DNA from: a bacterium
GTDB lineage: Bacteria; UBP6; UBA1177; JAKLFG01
Direction of reading: 5' to 3'
Length of the DNA: 64,000 bases
Assembly (NCBI GenBank): GCA_022709425.1
Contig: JAKLIW010000003.1
Coordinates: 102,293 to 166,292, forward strand
In this document: positions 44,333 through 54,314 of the stretch, in pieces
Numbering within the stretch: the first letter of the stretch is position 1
How the letters are laid out: every line of letters begins with the position of its first letter
Program-made: the position numbers and the translations under genes
Notes under the pieces: model-generated
Databases searched by the model: none
What the model saw: the letters and a program-made list of their open reading frames with translations, nothing else
Told to the model about the DNA's origin: nothing

Positions 44333-45340
44333 ATGAAACACTTTTTATGGATGCTTGTCTTTGTAAGTGCTGTGTTCCTGCTTACCCCTGCCGTCGGCGG
44401 AGAAACAAAAAAACCAGATACTGTTAAATGGACAGAACACGCCGGGTTGCAATGGTCTGACAAATCAACCGATGCAATGCAATGGCAGGCCGGAGAGGAT
44501 TACTGTACCGCGATGGGCGGTAGACTCCCAACCATATCAGAACTGCGTAAGCTCATTATCAATTGCCCCGAATTGGAATCGGGCGGATCCTGCAAGGTAT
44601 CATCAGAAGCGCCGGTATGTCTCGAGTATGTTTGTCAGGTTCCTTCCAAAACATGCATGTGTGCATCCCGCAATGCTAGTGCCGCCACCTATTCAGCGTT
44701 AGGTGATGCTACTAACACTGCGCTCTGGTCGTCATCGTCCGATCCTTATGGCTCTAACAATGCATGGCATGTGTATTTCCCGGGCCTTTTGGCCAGCGCT
44801 AATAATAATAAGTACGACAAACACAATGTCAGGTGTGTGAAGAATATCACATCGAAAACAGGGGAGGCTGTTGTTGTCCCGGCCACTGCAAAAAAGGACA
44901 ATAATAACCCCCAACCTGAAGAAACAGCAGCTGTTAAATGGACAACTCACGCAGGGCTTGAATGGTCGCCACGGTCAGAAGAGATGATGAATTGGCAGGC
45001 CGCAAATCATTATTGTAGCTCTATTGGCGGCAGACTTCCCACCATATCAGAATTGCGTAAAATCATCATAAACTGCCCCGGTAGCACCTACGGCGGAGCC
45101 TGTAAAGTAATTTCGGAAGAACCGGTATGTCTGGATGTTAGTTGTTATGAAGATAGCAAATGCCAATGTGACGGCTCTGCCGATTCATATTCAGCGTTGA
45201 ATGATGACAAGAATGGCCATCTATGGTCATCTACGTCCCTTGTCAAATACTCCGACGCCGTATTTGTTGTCCACTTCGTCAGCGGCAGTATCTACACCCC
45301 CAATAAGTACCACAACTTCCAAGCCCGCTGTGTGAGATGA
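44333..45340 (+). CDS. Secreted protein with two DUF1566 (Lcl C-terminal-like) domains, low GC
   Basis: Signal peptide. Two repeats of VKWTEHAGLQWS...MQWQAGEDYCTAMGGRLPTISELRKLIINCP, matching the DUF1566 pattern. An AT-rich segment. Confidence 0.65.
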   Translation: MKHFLWMLVFVSAVFLLTPAVGGETKKPDTVKWTEHAGLQWSDKSTDAMQWQAGEDYCTAMGGRLPTISELRKLIINCPELESGGSCKVSSEAPVCLEYVCQVPSKTCMCASRNASAATYSALGDATNTALWSSSSDPYGSNNAWHVYFPGLLASANNNKYDKHNVRCVKNITSKTGEAVVVPATAKKDNNNPQPEETAAVKWTTHAGLEWSPRSEEMMNWQAANHYCSSIGGRLPTISELRKIIINCPGSTYGGACKVISEEPVCLDVSCYEDSKCQCDGSADSYSALNDDKNGHLWSSTSLVKYSDAVFVVHFVSGSIYTPNKYHNFQARCVR

Positions 45341-45364
45341 TCGCAGTTTGAATTTCAGATAAGT

Positions 45365-46771
45365 TTACACATACACATCGACCGCGCCGTCCTCTATCTT
45401 CTTGAGCGACGCGGCGGTCTTCTGGCGCAGTTCCTCCTGCGGGATATCGGCGAGCATCTTCCCGATGAGCGCGTCGCCCACCTTCCGGGTCTCGGGCGTC
45501 GCGTAGTTGACCAGATATTCCTTGAAACTCGTGATCGCGTTGGGCAGACAGAAATGCTTGATGAGCCCCGGCTTGGCGAGATCCATGAAATCCTGACCGG
45601 TGCGCCCGAGCCGGTAACAGCCGGTGCAGAACGACGGGATATAGCCCATCGTCGCGATATCGCGGATCACCTCTTCCAGAGAACGGTGGTCGCCCAGCGA
45701 GAACTGTTCGCCGCCCGAATCCTCGGAATAGCCGCCGGGGTTGGTGCGCGACCCGGCCGATATCTGCGAGATGCCCAGCGACAGGGCGTCGCGGCGCGTC
45801 TGGGCGTTCTCGCGCGTCGAGAGTATCATCCCGGTGTAGGGGACGGTGATGCGGAGGATGGAGATTATCTTGCGGAAATCGCGGTCGCTCACGGCGTGGG
45901 GCGGATTGAGCGATACCTCCGACCCGGTCGCCGGCTCCAAGCGCGGCACCGATATGGTGTGGACGCCGGTGCCGAACCGTTCCTCAAGGTGGTGGATGTG
46001 CTGGAGCAGCGCCATCACCTCGAACCGGTAATCCTCAAGCCCGAAGAGGATGCCGACGCCGACATCGTCGATGCCCGCTTCCATCGCGCGGTCCATCGCG
46101 GTGAGGTGGTAGAGGTAATCGGACTTGGGCCCCGACGGGTGCATCGTCTTGTAGGTATCGGCCTGATAGGTCTCCTGAAAGAGTTGGTAGGTGCCGATGC
46201 GCGCCGCTTTGAGCGTCTTGTAGCCCTCGACCGGCAGCGCGGCGATGTTGATGTTGATGCGCCGTATCTCGCCTTTCCCCATCTTGACGCTGTAGACCGT
46301 CTCTATCGCCTTGACGGTGTAGTCGAGCGCCTGCATCCCGAGCCCTTCTCCCGTGAGGAGGAGCACCCGCTTGTGTCCCTGCTGGATGAGCGACTGCGTC
46401 TCGCGGCGTATCTCGTCGAAGGTGAGCGTCCGGCGCGGTATCATCTTGTTGGTGCGGCGGAAGGCGCAGTAGAGGCAGTCGTTGTTGCAGAGGTTCGACG
46501 CGTAGAGCGGCGCGAAGAGGACCAGCCGCTTGCCGTAGATCTCTTCTTTAATGAAGCGCGCGGTGTCGGAAATGCGGGCGAGGTGGGCGTCGTCCTCGAC
46601 CATCAGCAGTCGTTCCGCCTCGGCGTAGGAGATGCCCTTCAGTTCCTTGGCGTGGGCGAGTATCTCGTCCAGTTCCTTCGCGTCGGGCGGCGTGGTGTTC
46701 TTGAGGTAATCGTAGATCCTGCCGTGGTCGATAAAACCGGTATCCATGGAAGCCTCCGTAAGAATGATCAA
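45365..46771 (-). CDS. hydG: [FeFe]-hydrogenase H-cluster maturase HydG (radical SAM, 2-iminoacetate synthase family)
   Basis: 468 aa. Radical-SAM CNNDCLYC. C-terminal CTGC-x22-C auxiliary cluster motif, which is HydG-specific and absent from ThiH. Confidence 0.85.
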   Translation of the reverse strand: MIILTEASMDTGFIDHGRIYDYLKNTTPPDAKELDEILAHAKELKGISYAEAERLLMVEDDAHLARISDTARFIKEEIYGKRLVLFAPLYASNLCNNDCLYCAFRRTNKMIPRRTLTFDEIRRETQSLIQQGHKRVLLLTGEGLGMQALDYTVKAIETVYSVKMGKGEIRRININIAALPVEGYKTLKAARIGTYQLFQETYQADTYKTMHPSGPKSDYLYHLTAMDRAMEAGIDDVGVGILFGLEDYRFEVMALLQHIHHLEERFGTGVHTISVPRLEPATGSEVSLNPPHAVSDRDFRKIISILRITVPYTGMILSTRENAQTRRDALSLGISQISAGSRTNPGGYSEDSGGEQFSLGDHRSLEEVIRDIATMGYIPSFCTGCYRLGRTGQDFMDLAKPGLIKHFCLPNAITSFKEYLVNYATPETRKVGDALIGKMLADIPQEELRQKTAASLKKIEDGAVDVYV

Positions 46772-46912
46772 GCGCTCTGTTAGGCTATACTAACCACAAA
46801 AAAGTAGAAATCAACCTTTGAAGTCCAAATATTAGGTAAATTTCGCGCAACGCCCCTTGATACTTTGTTTTTTCGCTCTATACTGATACCCAACACCGGT
46901 GGAGGAGGCATC

Positions 46913-48004
46913 ATGCGGCTAGGGATAGAGAAGATACTGCAAAAAGATGATCTGGGCCGCGACGACCTTATCGCGCTGCTCGACATCGACGACCCGGCAG
47001 AGGAGGCGGCGCTCTTCAAGCGCGCCTACGAGGTGAAGCAGAGATATGTCGGGACGAAGGTCTATTTCCGCGGGCTCATAGAACTGTCCAACCTCTGCGT
47101 CAAGAACTGTTTCTACTGCGGCATCCGGCGCGGCAACGGGGCGGTGAAACGCTACACCCTTTCCGAAGAGGAGGTGCTCGACGCGGTGAAGTTCGCCCAT
47201 GCGGCGCGCTACGGATCGGTCGTCATCCAGAGCGGCGAGCGGCAGGACGAGGAGTTCGTCTCCTTCATCGAACGGCTGGTTACGCGGGTGAAAGAGGTGT
47301 CGCATAACGAACTCGGCATCACCCTGTCGCTGGGCGAACAGTCGGAAGCGACCTACCGGCGCTGGTACGCGGCGGGGGCGCACCGCTACCTCCTGCGCAT
47401 CGAGACCAGTAACGCACTGCTTTATAAGACGCTCCACCCCGACGACCACGATTTCGAGGCGCGGCTGGAATCGCTCCGGACGCTGTACAAACTCGGTTAT
47501 CAGGTGGGGACCGGCGTCATGATAGGACTCCCGGGGCAGACGACCGCCGACCTCGCCGACGATATCGCCTTTTTCAAGAAGATGGATGTGGCGATGATCG
47601 GGATGGGCCCCTTCATCCCGCACCATGAGACGCCGCTTGCCGCCTCGATCCCTGACTGGCAGGAGCAGAAGGAGCGGCAGTTGCGCCGCGCTCTGCGGAT
47701 GATCGCGGCGGTCCGCATACAGTTGAAGGATGTCAACATCGCCTCGACCACCGCCCTGCAGGCGATAGACCATGTCGGCCGCGAGATGGGGCTCCTCGCC
47801 GGGGCCAACATCATCATGCCCAATCTCACCGACACCGAATACCGCACCGGCTACCAACTCTACGACGGCAAGCCCTGCATGGACGAGAACGCGACGATGT
47901 GCGCCGGGTGTCTGGAGCGGCGCATCACCTCCATCGGCGAGACCATCGGCTACGGCGAGTGGGGCGATTCGCCGCATTTCAAGAACGCGAAAAAAGAACA
48001 CTGA
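46913..48004 (+). CDS. hydE: [FeFe]-hydrogenase H-cluster radical SAM maturase HydE
   Basis: BioB-like radical SAM CVKNCFYCGIRR. Start at a Met preceded by a GGAGGAGG RBS. Adjacent to hydG and hydF. Confidence 0.8.
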   Translation: MRLGIEKILQKDDLGRDDLIALLDIDDPAEEAALFKRAYEVKQRYVGTKVYFRGLIELSNLCVKNCFYCGIRRGNGAVKRYTLSEEEVLDAVKFAHAARYGSVVIQSGERQDEEFVSFIERLVTRVKEVSHNELGITLSLGEQSEATYRRWYAAGAHRYLLRIETSNALLYKTLHPDDHDFEARLESLRTLYKLGYQVGTGVMIGLPGQTTADLADDIAFFKKMDVAMIGMGPFIPHHETPLAASIPDWQEQKERQLRRALRMIAAVRIQLKDVNIASTTALQAIDHVGREMGLLAGANIIMPNLTDTEYRTGYQLYDGKPCMDENATMCAGCLERRITSIGETIGYGEWGDSPHFKNAKKEH

Positions 48005-48017
48005 CGGAGCATACCCC

Positions 48018-49226
48018 ATGAAAGTACAGCGCGGCGACAGCCTCTTCATCGGCATCTTCGGGCGGCGCAATTCGGGCAAATCGTCGCTCATCAACGCCGT
48101 CACCAAACAGGAGATCGCCATCGTTTCCGCCGTGCCGGGAACGACCACCGATCCGGTCTTCAAGGCGATGGAACTCCTGCCGGTCGGCCCGGTCACCTTC
48201 ATCGACACCGCCGGTATCGACGACACCGACGGAACTCTCGGCGAAGAGCGGGTGAAGCGGACCGAACGGATTCTGGCCAAGACCGATCTCGCACTGCTCG
48301 TCATCCCGGCCGAGGCGACCTCGTTCGCCTTCGAGGATCAGCTCATCGCGAGTTTCGACAAATACCGCATCGAGTTCGTGACGATCATCAACAAGGCCGA
48401 TACGGCGGTGGCGCCCGAACTCCTGAAATGGCTCGGCGACCGCCCCGCGACGCGGATATCGGCGCTCAAGAAAGAGGGGATAGAGGAACTGAAAAAGGCG
48501 ATCATCGCCGCCGCCCCGAAGGAATGGGAACCGCCGCTCCTGCGCGATCTGTTCGAGCCGGGTGACGCGGTGCTCCTCATCACCCCGATAGACCGCGGCG
48601 CGCCCAAAGGCCGCATGATCATGCCGCAGGCAAAGGCGATCCGCGAGGTGCTCGACGGCCACGGCATCGTCATCGACATCACCGAATACGAGATCGAGGC
48701 GGCGCTGAAGGCGCTCAAGGTGAAGCCGGTCCTCGCCGTCACCGATTCGCAGGCTTTCGAAAAGGTCGCCCCGGCGGTCCCCGAGGATATCCCGCTCACC
48801 GGCTTTTCGGTCCTCTCGATACGGCAGAAAGGGGAGTTGCGCCCGATGGTCGAGGGGGTCATGGCGGTCAAGAGTTTGAAACCGGGCGACAAGGTGCTCA
48901 TCGCCGAGAGTTGTACCCACCACCCGATGGAGGACGATATCGGCCGCCTCAAGATACCGCGCTGGCTGTCGGAGTATGTCGGCGGCCCGCTCGATGTCCA
49001 TGTCGTCCCCGGCTACGACTACCCCGACGACCTGTCGACCTACAAACTGGTCGTCCACTGCGGCGGCTGTACCCTCAACCGGCGCGAGGTCCTGCGCCGT
49101 CAGGCGGTCCCGGCGAAGTTTCATGTGCCGATGACCAACTATGGTATCCTCATCGCTTTCCTTCGCGGGGCCTTCCCGCGCGCTCTCAAACCCTTTCCTG
49201 AGGTCGCTGATCTCATAATTATTTAA
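48018..49226 (+). CDS. hydF: [FeFe]-hydrogenase maturation GTPase HydF
   Basis: G1 GRRNSGKSSLINA. G2 GTTTDP. G3 DTAGID. About 400 aa with a C-terminal cluster-binding region (CGGC). Confidence 0.8.
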   Translation: MKVQRGDSLFIGIFGRRNSGKSSLINAVTKQEIAIVSAVPGTTTDPVFKAMELLPVGPVTFIDTAGIDDTDGTLGEERVKRTERILAKTDLALLVIPAEATSFAFEDQLIASFDKYRIEFVTIINKADTAVAPELLKWLGDRPATRISALKKEGIEELKKAIIAAAPKEWEPPLLRDLFEPGDAVLLITPIDRGAPKGRMIMPQAKAIREVLDGHGIVIDITEYEIEAALKALKVKPVLAVTDSQAFEKVAPAVPEDIPLTGFSVLSIRQKGELRPMVEGVMAVKSLKPGDKVLIAESCTHHPMEDDIGRLKIPRWLSEYVGGPLDVHVVPGYDYPDDLSTYKLVVHCGGCTLNRREVLRRQAVPAKFHVPMTNYGILIAFLRGAFPRALKPFPEVADLIII

Positions 49227-49408
49227 ATCTAATTAGGATTCTATTTGCGGACTACTCTGTCCGTTAATCCATAAATGATACAAAAAAAATTGACTTTGAA
49301 TGGTCCCCCATACTAGGGTGGGCCGATATTTGTTCCCGCACTGACAATCGAGTCTAGTTAGCGATACGGTAGTTTACCGCAACGAACAACACGAAGAGGA
49401 GGTCTTCA

Positions 49409-50683
49409 ATGTCTCAGCAGAATCCCGGGAATCGGTGGCTTATCGCCATCATGGGCACCACGCTCCAGTTGGTGCTCGGCACCGTCTATGCGTGGAGTTT
49501 CTTCCAGAAACCGATCATGGCCGCCTACGGCTGGAACAATGTGCAGGTCATGTGGATCTTCAGCATCGCCATCTGTTTCCTCGGTATCGGCGCCACCATC
49601 GGCGGTCTGAACCTTGCCAAGTTCGGCCCGCGTAAGCTGGCGACCACCGGCGCCGTCATGTGGGGTGTCGGCTGGCTTATCGGTTCTTTCGCGATGTCGA
49701 TCCAGAATCTTCCGTTGTTCTATCTCGGCTATGGGGTGATCGGCGGTCTCGGCCTCGGCCTCGGCTATGTTACTCCGGTCGCCACGGCGGCGAAGTGGTT
49801 CCCCGACCGCAAGGGATTCATCACCGGTATGGTCGTCATGGGATTCGGTCTCGGCGCCCTTCTTATGTCGAAGGTCGTTGCGCCGCTCATCATGAACGCG
49901 GTCGCCAATGATCTTCCCACTGCGTTCCTCTACATCGGCATCGTCCTGCTTGCGATGGGTATACCCGCCGGCCTGATCATGAAGAACCCGCCCGCCGGCT
50001 TCGTTCCGGCCGGCTGGACGCCGCCCGCCACCACCGCCGCCGCGCAGGGTCATCAGGACGATCTTACCGTCAAGACCTGCATCACCTCCAGCAAATTCAT
50101 CCGCATGTGGATAATCTTCTTCCTCAACATCAGCGCCGGTATCATGTTCATCGGTCTTCAGTCGCCGATGCTGCAGGATCTTCTGAAAATAGGCGATCCG
50201 ACCATGGATACCGCCGCTCTGGCCGCTGCGGGCGCGACCCTCATCGGCATCAGCTCGCTCTTTAACGGCATCGGCCGCTTCTTCTGGGGCGGTCTTTCCG
50301 ATAAGATCGGTCGCGTGCAGGCATTCCGTCTTATTCTCGGCACCCAGATGGTGGTCTTCCTGCTGCTTACCATCGTCGGGAATCCGTGGATATTCGGCGC
50401 GGCTGTTTGCTATGTCCTTCTCTGCTACGGCGGCGGCTTCGGCACGATGCCTTCCTTCGTGCTCGACGTGTTCCACGCCCGCCTGATGCCCATCGTCTAC
50501 GGTATCATCCTGACCGCGTGGTCGACCGCCGGTATCGTCGGTCCTCAGATCGCCGCGTATCTCAAGGACAATTTCGCCGGTCAGGCGGCCACCTACACCT
50601 TCATCGCGGGCGCGATCATGCTGGGTATCGGCCTGCTGATCGCTTTTACCCTGAACAACAAGTCCATCACCGACAAGAGCTAG
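49409..50683 (+). CDS. MFS transporter, oxalate/formate antiporter (OFA) family
   Basis: 424 aa with 12 predicted TMs. N-terminal WLIAIMGTTLQLVLGTVYAWSFF is characteristic of the OFA family. Strong AGGAGG RBS. Confidence 0.75.
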   Translation: MSQQNPGNRWLIAIMGTTLQLVLGTVYAWSFFQKPIMAAYGWNNVQVMWIFSIAICFLGIGATIGGLNLAKFGPRKLATTGAVMWGVGWLIGSFAMSIQNLPLFYLGYGVIGGLGLGLGYVTPVATAAKWFPDRKGFITGMVVMGFGLGALLMSKVVAPLIMNAVANDLPTAFLYIGIVLLAMGIPAGLIMKNPPAGFVPAGWTPPATTAAAQGHQDDLTVKTCITSSKFIRMWIIFFLNISAGIMFIGLQSPMLQDLLKIGDPTMDTAALAAAGATLIGISSLFNGIGRFFWGGLSDKIGRVQAFRLILGTQMVVFLLLTIVGNPWIFGAAVCYVLLCYGGGFGTMPSFVLDVFHARLMPIVYGIILTAWSTAGIVGPQIAAYLKDNFAGQAATYTFIAGAIMLGIGLLIAFTLNNKSITDKS

Positions 50684-50719
50684 AGTCTTTTTGTTCTATT
50701 CTTCCATAAGGACAGCCCC

Positions 50720-52123
50720 ATGAAGGATTTCGGGACCGCCGCGATACTCGCCGGGGGAAAAAGCATCCGCATGGGGTTCGACAAGCAGTTGCTGGAGGTC
50801 GGTGAGAAGCGGATCATCGAGACCCTTATCGCCGCGCTCAAAGAGGATTTCGACGACATACTGGTCGTTTCCTACCGTCCCGAATTCTACGAAGGACTCG
50901 GCGTGCGGGTGGTTCCCGACATCCTGCCCGACAACGGACTCCTCGGCGGCATCCATGCAGCGCTTACCCATGCGGCGAGCCGCTACGCCTACATCGTTGC
51001 CTGCGATATGCCGCACCTCAATCCGTTCTACATCGAGTTCATGAGAAGGGAGATGGAGAAAGAGGGGGGGGAGGCCTGCGTCACCCGCAACGGTGAGTGG
51101 ATAGAGTCGATGAACGCTTTCTACGCAAAGGACCTTGTCCCCGCCCTCGAGCGTTATCTCGCCGGGGGCGGCCGGTCGGTCTATCCATTCCTCAGGGAGC
51201 GGACGGTCCGCTATATCGACGAGACGGTCGCCCGCAAATTCTGTCCCGATTACCGGATGTTCCTCAATCTTAACACCGAAGAAGACCTGCGAAAGTACCG
51301 GGACCGCGTCGCCGCGGGGTCGGCGCCCGCCGTGACGATGGGGCGTCGGGTGAAAAAGTACCGCAACGGCGCGATGCAGTGGGTCGATGATCCGGTGGTG
51401 ACCGAATACGGGCTGACCATCCGCATCAACGGCCGTGAGTTCGCGACCCTGCTGTGCACCCCCGCCGCGCTGAAGGAACTGGCGGTCGGCTATCTGTTCT
51501 CGGAGGAGGTGATCGACGCGGCGGCCGATCTTGCCGGGCTCATGCTCGACACCGCGACCGGCATCGTCGAGGTGTCGGTGAGTGACGATCGCGCCGGCCG
51601 GGCGTTCGCACGGGACCGAAAGCGGACGGTCACCAGCGGTTGTGGCGGCGGCGTCACAACGCTCGATCCGCTCGATCGGGGCAAAGATCCCTCCCCGATC
51701 ACCGGCGCTCCCGTCGATCTGGACCGCATCGCCGCACTGATGGACGCATTCAACAACCGGTCGAAGATATTCATCGAAACGGGCGGCGTCCACAGTTGCG
51801 CGATCGCCGACGGGGAGGGGATACTCCTCTTTCAGGAGGATATCGGGCGGCACAATGCGTTGGACAAGATAACGGGCGAAGCTCTCCTGCGCGGCATCAC
51901 CCCGGACGGGAAACTGGTGCTGACCAGCGGCCGCATATCGTCCGAGATCGTTGCCAAGAGCGTCAGGCTCCGGCCGGCCGCGATCGTATCTCGTTCGGCG
52001 CCCACCGCCACGGCGATAACGCGGGCCGCGGAATTGGGTATTGGGCTCGCCGGTTTTGCGCGGGGGAGGAACATCAACATGTATACCTGTTTCGAACGCT
52101 TCACCGTTGGAGAGAAGCAATGA
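50720..52123 (+). CDS. Fusion of molybdenum cofactor guanylyltransferase MobA (N-terminal) with formate dehydrogenase accessory sulfurtransferase FdhD (C-terminal)
   Basis: MobA block AAILAGGKSIRMGFDKQLLEVGEKRIIE. FdhD blocks TSGCGGG and GRHNALDKITGEAL. 467 aa. Confidence 0.75.
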   Translation: MKDFGTAAILAGGKSIRMGFDKQLLEVGEKRIIETLIAALKEDFDDILVVSYRPEFYEGLGVRVVPDILPDNGLLGGIHAALTHAASRYAYIVACDMPHLNPFYIEFMRREMEKEGGEACVTRNGEWIESMNAFYAKDLVPALERYLAGGGRSVYPFLRERTVRYIDETVARKFCPDYRMFLNLNTEEDLRKYRDRVAAGSAPAVTMGRRVKKYRNGAMQWVDDPVVTEYGLTIRINGREFATLLCTPAALKELAVGYLFSEEVIDAAADLAGLMLDTATGIVEVSVSDDRAGRAFARDRKRTVTSGCGGGVTTLDPLDRGKDPSPITGAPVDLDRIAALMDAFNNRSKIFIETGGVHSCAIADGEGILLFQEDIGRHNALDKITGEALLRGITPDGKLVLTSGRISSEIVAKSVRLRPAAIVSRSAPTATAITRAAELGIGLAGFARGRNINMYTCFERFTVGEKQ

Positions 52124-52170
52124 CCCATAACGAACCGTTCAACCTTAACATCATGTAACGGAGGAGATCC

Positions 52171-53598
52171 ATGAGAAAGATCCTGTTCCTGTTCATTCTG
52201 TGCTTCATGGCGGTAGCCGTGGCGCAGGAAGAGGCCGCTCCGGTCCCGGCTCCGGCCGAAGAAAAGGCCGCTCCCGCGACTGGCGACGCCGTCGAGGCGC
52301 GCATCAAGGCGATCGAAGAGAATCAGGCGAAACTCGAGGAGGAGAACAAAAAGCTCCGCGAAGAACTCGCCGCCAAGAAAGAGGTCGCCGAAGCGCCGAA
52401 AGCGGAATCGGCGAAAGAGGAAAAGAAGGAAGAGAAAAAAGCGGTCGAGTTCGCCCCCTACGGGTTCATCGAACTCTACGGCTGGGCTCATGATGCGGCG
52501 TTCAATGCCGGCGACTTCCCGATAAAAGTGGTGGACGAAGGCAAGAGCACCACCGGCATGACCGCCAAGAATTCACGGTTTGGGACGAAGATCATGTTCC
52601 CTCGTATCGAAGAGGTCAAACTCGGGGCGACCCTTGAGATCGACTTTTTCACCAATATGGCCGACACCGGCTATGCCGAGTCTTACCCGATGATCCGCAT
52701 GCGCCACGCCTTCTTCGAACTCAGCAAGACGTGGGATAATTCGACGCTCGGCTTTAAGGCCGGTCAGACCTGGTCGACCGCGACCCCGATACTGTTCCCG
52801 GCTCAGATCAACCCGTCGCTCGGCTGGGGTCTGGGCAACCTGTGGCAGCGGATGCCGCTGGTCGAAATATACTTCACTCAGAAATTCGCCGAGACCTTCG
52901 CCTTCACGACCCAGTTGGCCGCTGTGCGCGCCATGAGCGGCGCTTCGGCCAACAAGAACGGTTTCCTCGAGGTCAATATCGATGCGGGCGACGCGTCGCA
53001 CATCCCGCAGATACAGGGCCAGCTTTCGCTCAAAGGCGCTTTTGCGGGTCTCGATCTGCTCGTCGCCGTCGGCGGCGCGTGGGGCCGTGAGAGCTACAAG
53101 GGCGGCGTGATCCCGAACAAGGACACCAAGAAAAAACTGATCGGTGATACGGCCGATGTGGTCTTGGTCAATCCGGCGCTCAAGCTGTCGCATGAATACT
53201 TCGAAGTGGCCGGCAAGTTCTTCTGGGGTCAGAATGTCGATGTGTTCGGCGCGTTCGGCGGCGCTCTCATAACCGAACTGGTCGCTGCAGAGACCCCGAC
53301 CACCCCGAAGACCAGCCGTGTCACCGGCAGTCAGACGACTCTGGGTTACTGGGCGCAGGCCACCGGCAAACCGCTTAAAGGGTGGAACCTCAATGTCGGC
53401 TACGGCGCTGAAGATCCCGAAAAGGAGGCCGGGGCCGACCTAACATTCCTGAGCAATTCTTCAGTTTGGGTCTCCTCTTTTTATACCTTCTTCGAGCGGG
53501 TGACCATCGGTGTGCAGTGGTCGCATGTCTGGACCGAACTGTTGACGAAGGATATCTCCGGCAACACCATCATGGGTAGCGCGAAGGTCAGCTTCTAA
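52171..53598 (+). CDS. Outer-membrane porin-like beta-barrel protein with an N-terminal coiled-coil/low-complexity region
   Basis: Signal peptide. KEE-rich coiled coil. Alternating amphipathic strands. C-terminal aromatic residue (…AKVSF). Confidence 0.5.
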   Translation: MRKILFLFILCFMAVAVAQEEAAPVPAPAEEKAAPATGDAVEARIKAIEENQAKLEEENKKLREELAAKKEVAEAPKAESAKEEKKEEKKAVEFAPYGFIELYGWAHDAAFNAGDFPIKVVDEGKSTTGMTAKNSRFGTKIMFPRIEEVKLGATLEIDFFTNMADTGYAESYPMIRMRHAFFELSKTWDNSTLGFKAGQTWSTATPILFPAQINPSLGWGLGNLWQRMPLVEIYFTQKFAETFAFTTQLAAVRAMSGASANKNGFLEVNIDAGDASHIPQIQGQLSLKGAFAGLDLLVAVGGAWGRESYKGGVIPNKDTKKKLIGDTADVVLVNPALKLSHEYFEVAGKFFWGQNVDVFGAFGGALITELVAAETPTTPKTSRVTGSQTTLGYWAQATGKPLKGWNLNVGYGAEDPEKEAGADLTFLSNSSVWVSSFYTFFERVTIGVQWSHVWTELLTKDISGNTIMGSAKVSF

Positions 53599-53622
53599 GA
53601 CCCATTCCCGTATCGTCATTCA

Positions 53623-53652
53623 GAGGCGCTCCTCCGGGGGCGCCTTTTTTTG
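53623..53652 (+). terminator. Rho-independent terminator after the porin gene (aggcgctcctccgggggcgcct + ttttttt)
   Basis: A GC-rich hairpin is followed directly by a 7-T tract. Confidence 0.7.
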
Positions 53653-53734
53653 TTTGCCGATTATATTGACTCGCTCGTCGCCGTTCGCTAGTATTGGACG
53701 CTATGGTCCGAATAACAACCGAAGGGAGCGAATC

Positions 53735-54235
53735 ATGACCGATGCGAAGACGATCGATATCCTGAAACAGGCCATTCTCGGCGAGCGGCGCGGCGCGGCG
53801 CTCTACGATCAGGTGGCGAAGCAGACCAAGAATCCCAAGATGGCCGAGTTCTTCAAAGGGATGGCCGAAGAGGAGAAGGGACACGAGGCGCTGCTGGCGG
53901 CCCAGCTCAAAAGCGCGATGAACGGCAAGCCCTTCACCGCGGCGCAGATGAACGATTTCGGCAAGAAGGTGACCACCGCTTTCATTTCCCGCGAGACCAT
54001 CGCCGGTATCAACGCGGCGGGGTTCGAGGCGGCCGCCATCGCGTCGGCGATAAACCTTGAGAAGAACGCGGTCGAATTCTACGGCAAACGCGCCGATGCG
54101 GCGACCGACGACAACGAGAAGAAACTCTACCGCTGGCTCTCCGACTGGGAGAAGGGGCATCTCGACATGCTCAACAAGATGGATCAGGACCTCACCGAGT
54201 CGGTGTGGGACTCCAACCAGTTCTTCCCGTACTAA
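53735..54235 (+). CDS. Ferritin-like/rubrerythrin-family diiron protein
   Basis: 166 aa. Two E-x-x-H motifs (EEEKGHEALL, WEKGHLDML). Start at a Met after a GAAGGGAG RBS. Confidence 0.55.
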   Translation: MTDAKTIDILKQAILGERRGAALYDQVAKQTKNPKMAEFFKGMAEEEKGHEALLAAQLKSAMNGKPFTAAQMNDFGKKVTTAFISRETIAGINAAGFEAAAIASAINLEKNAVEFYGKRADAATDDNEKKLYRWLSDWEKGHLDMLNKMDQDLTESVWDSNQFFPY

Positions 54236-54314
54236 GCATTTTTTCTTTTTGACAATCCTTTTATTCTCTGATTAGATAGCGCAGAATATCTTTCATTGAA
54301 CCGGGGGTAGACCC

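Noticed and set aside
45554-49124. Long antisense ORFs over hydG (45554..46783 +), hydE (46919..48304 -) and hydF (47979..49124 -)
   Set aside because: They are opposite-strand shadows of confidently identified radical-SAM and GTPase genes. Their translations are R/G/A/D-rich with no motifs.
49227-49408. Possible riboswitch or sigma-54 promoter in the 180-nt leader of the OFA transporter gene
   Set aside because: I could not find a GG-N10-GC -24/-12 element or any recognisable riboswitch consensus. It is only an AT-rich leader with a strong RBS.
49406-52491. Antisense ORFs over the MFS transporter, the MobA-FdhD gene and the porin start (49406..50476 -, 50696..52120 -, 51832..52491 -)
   Set aside because: These are GC-rich shadow frames. 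The sense-strand genes have clear family signatures and proper RBSs.
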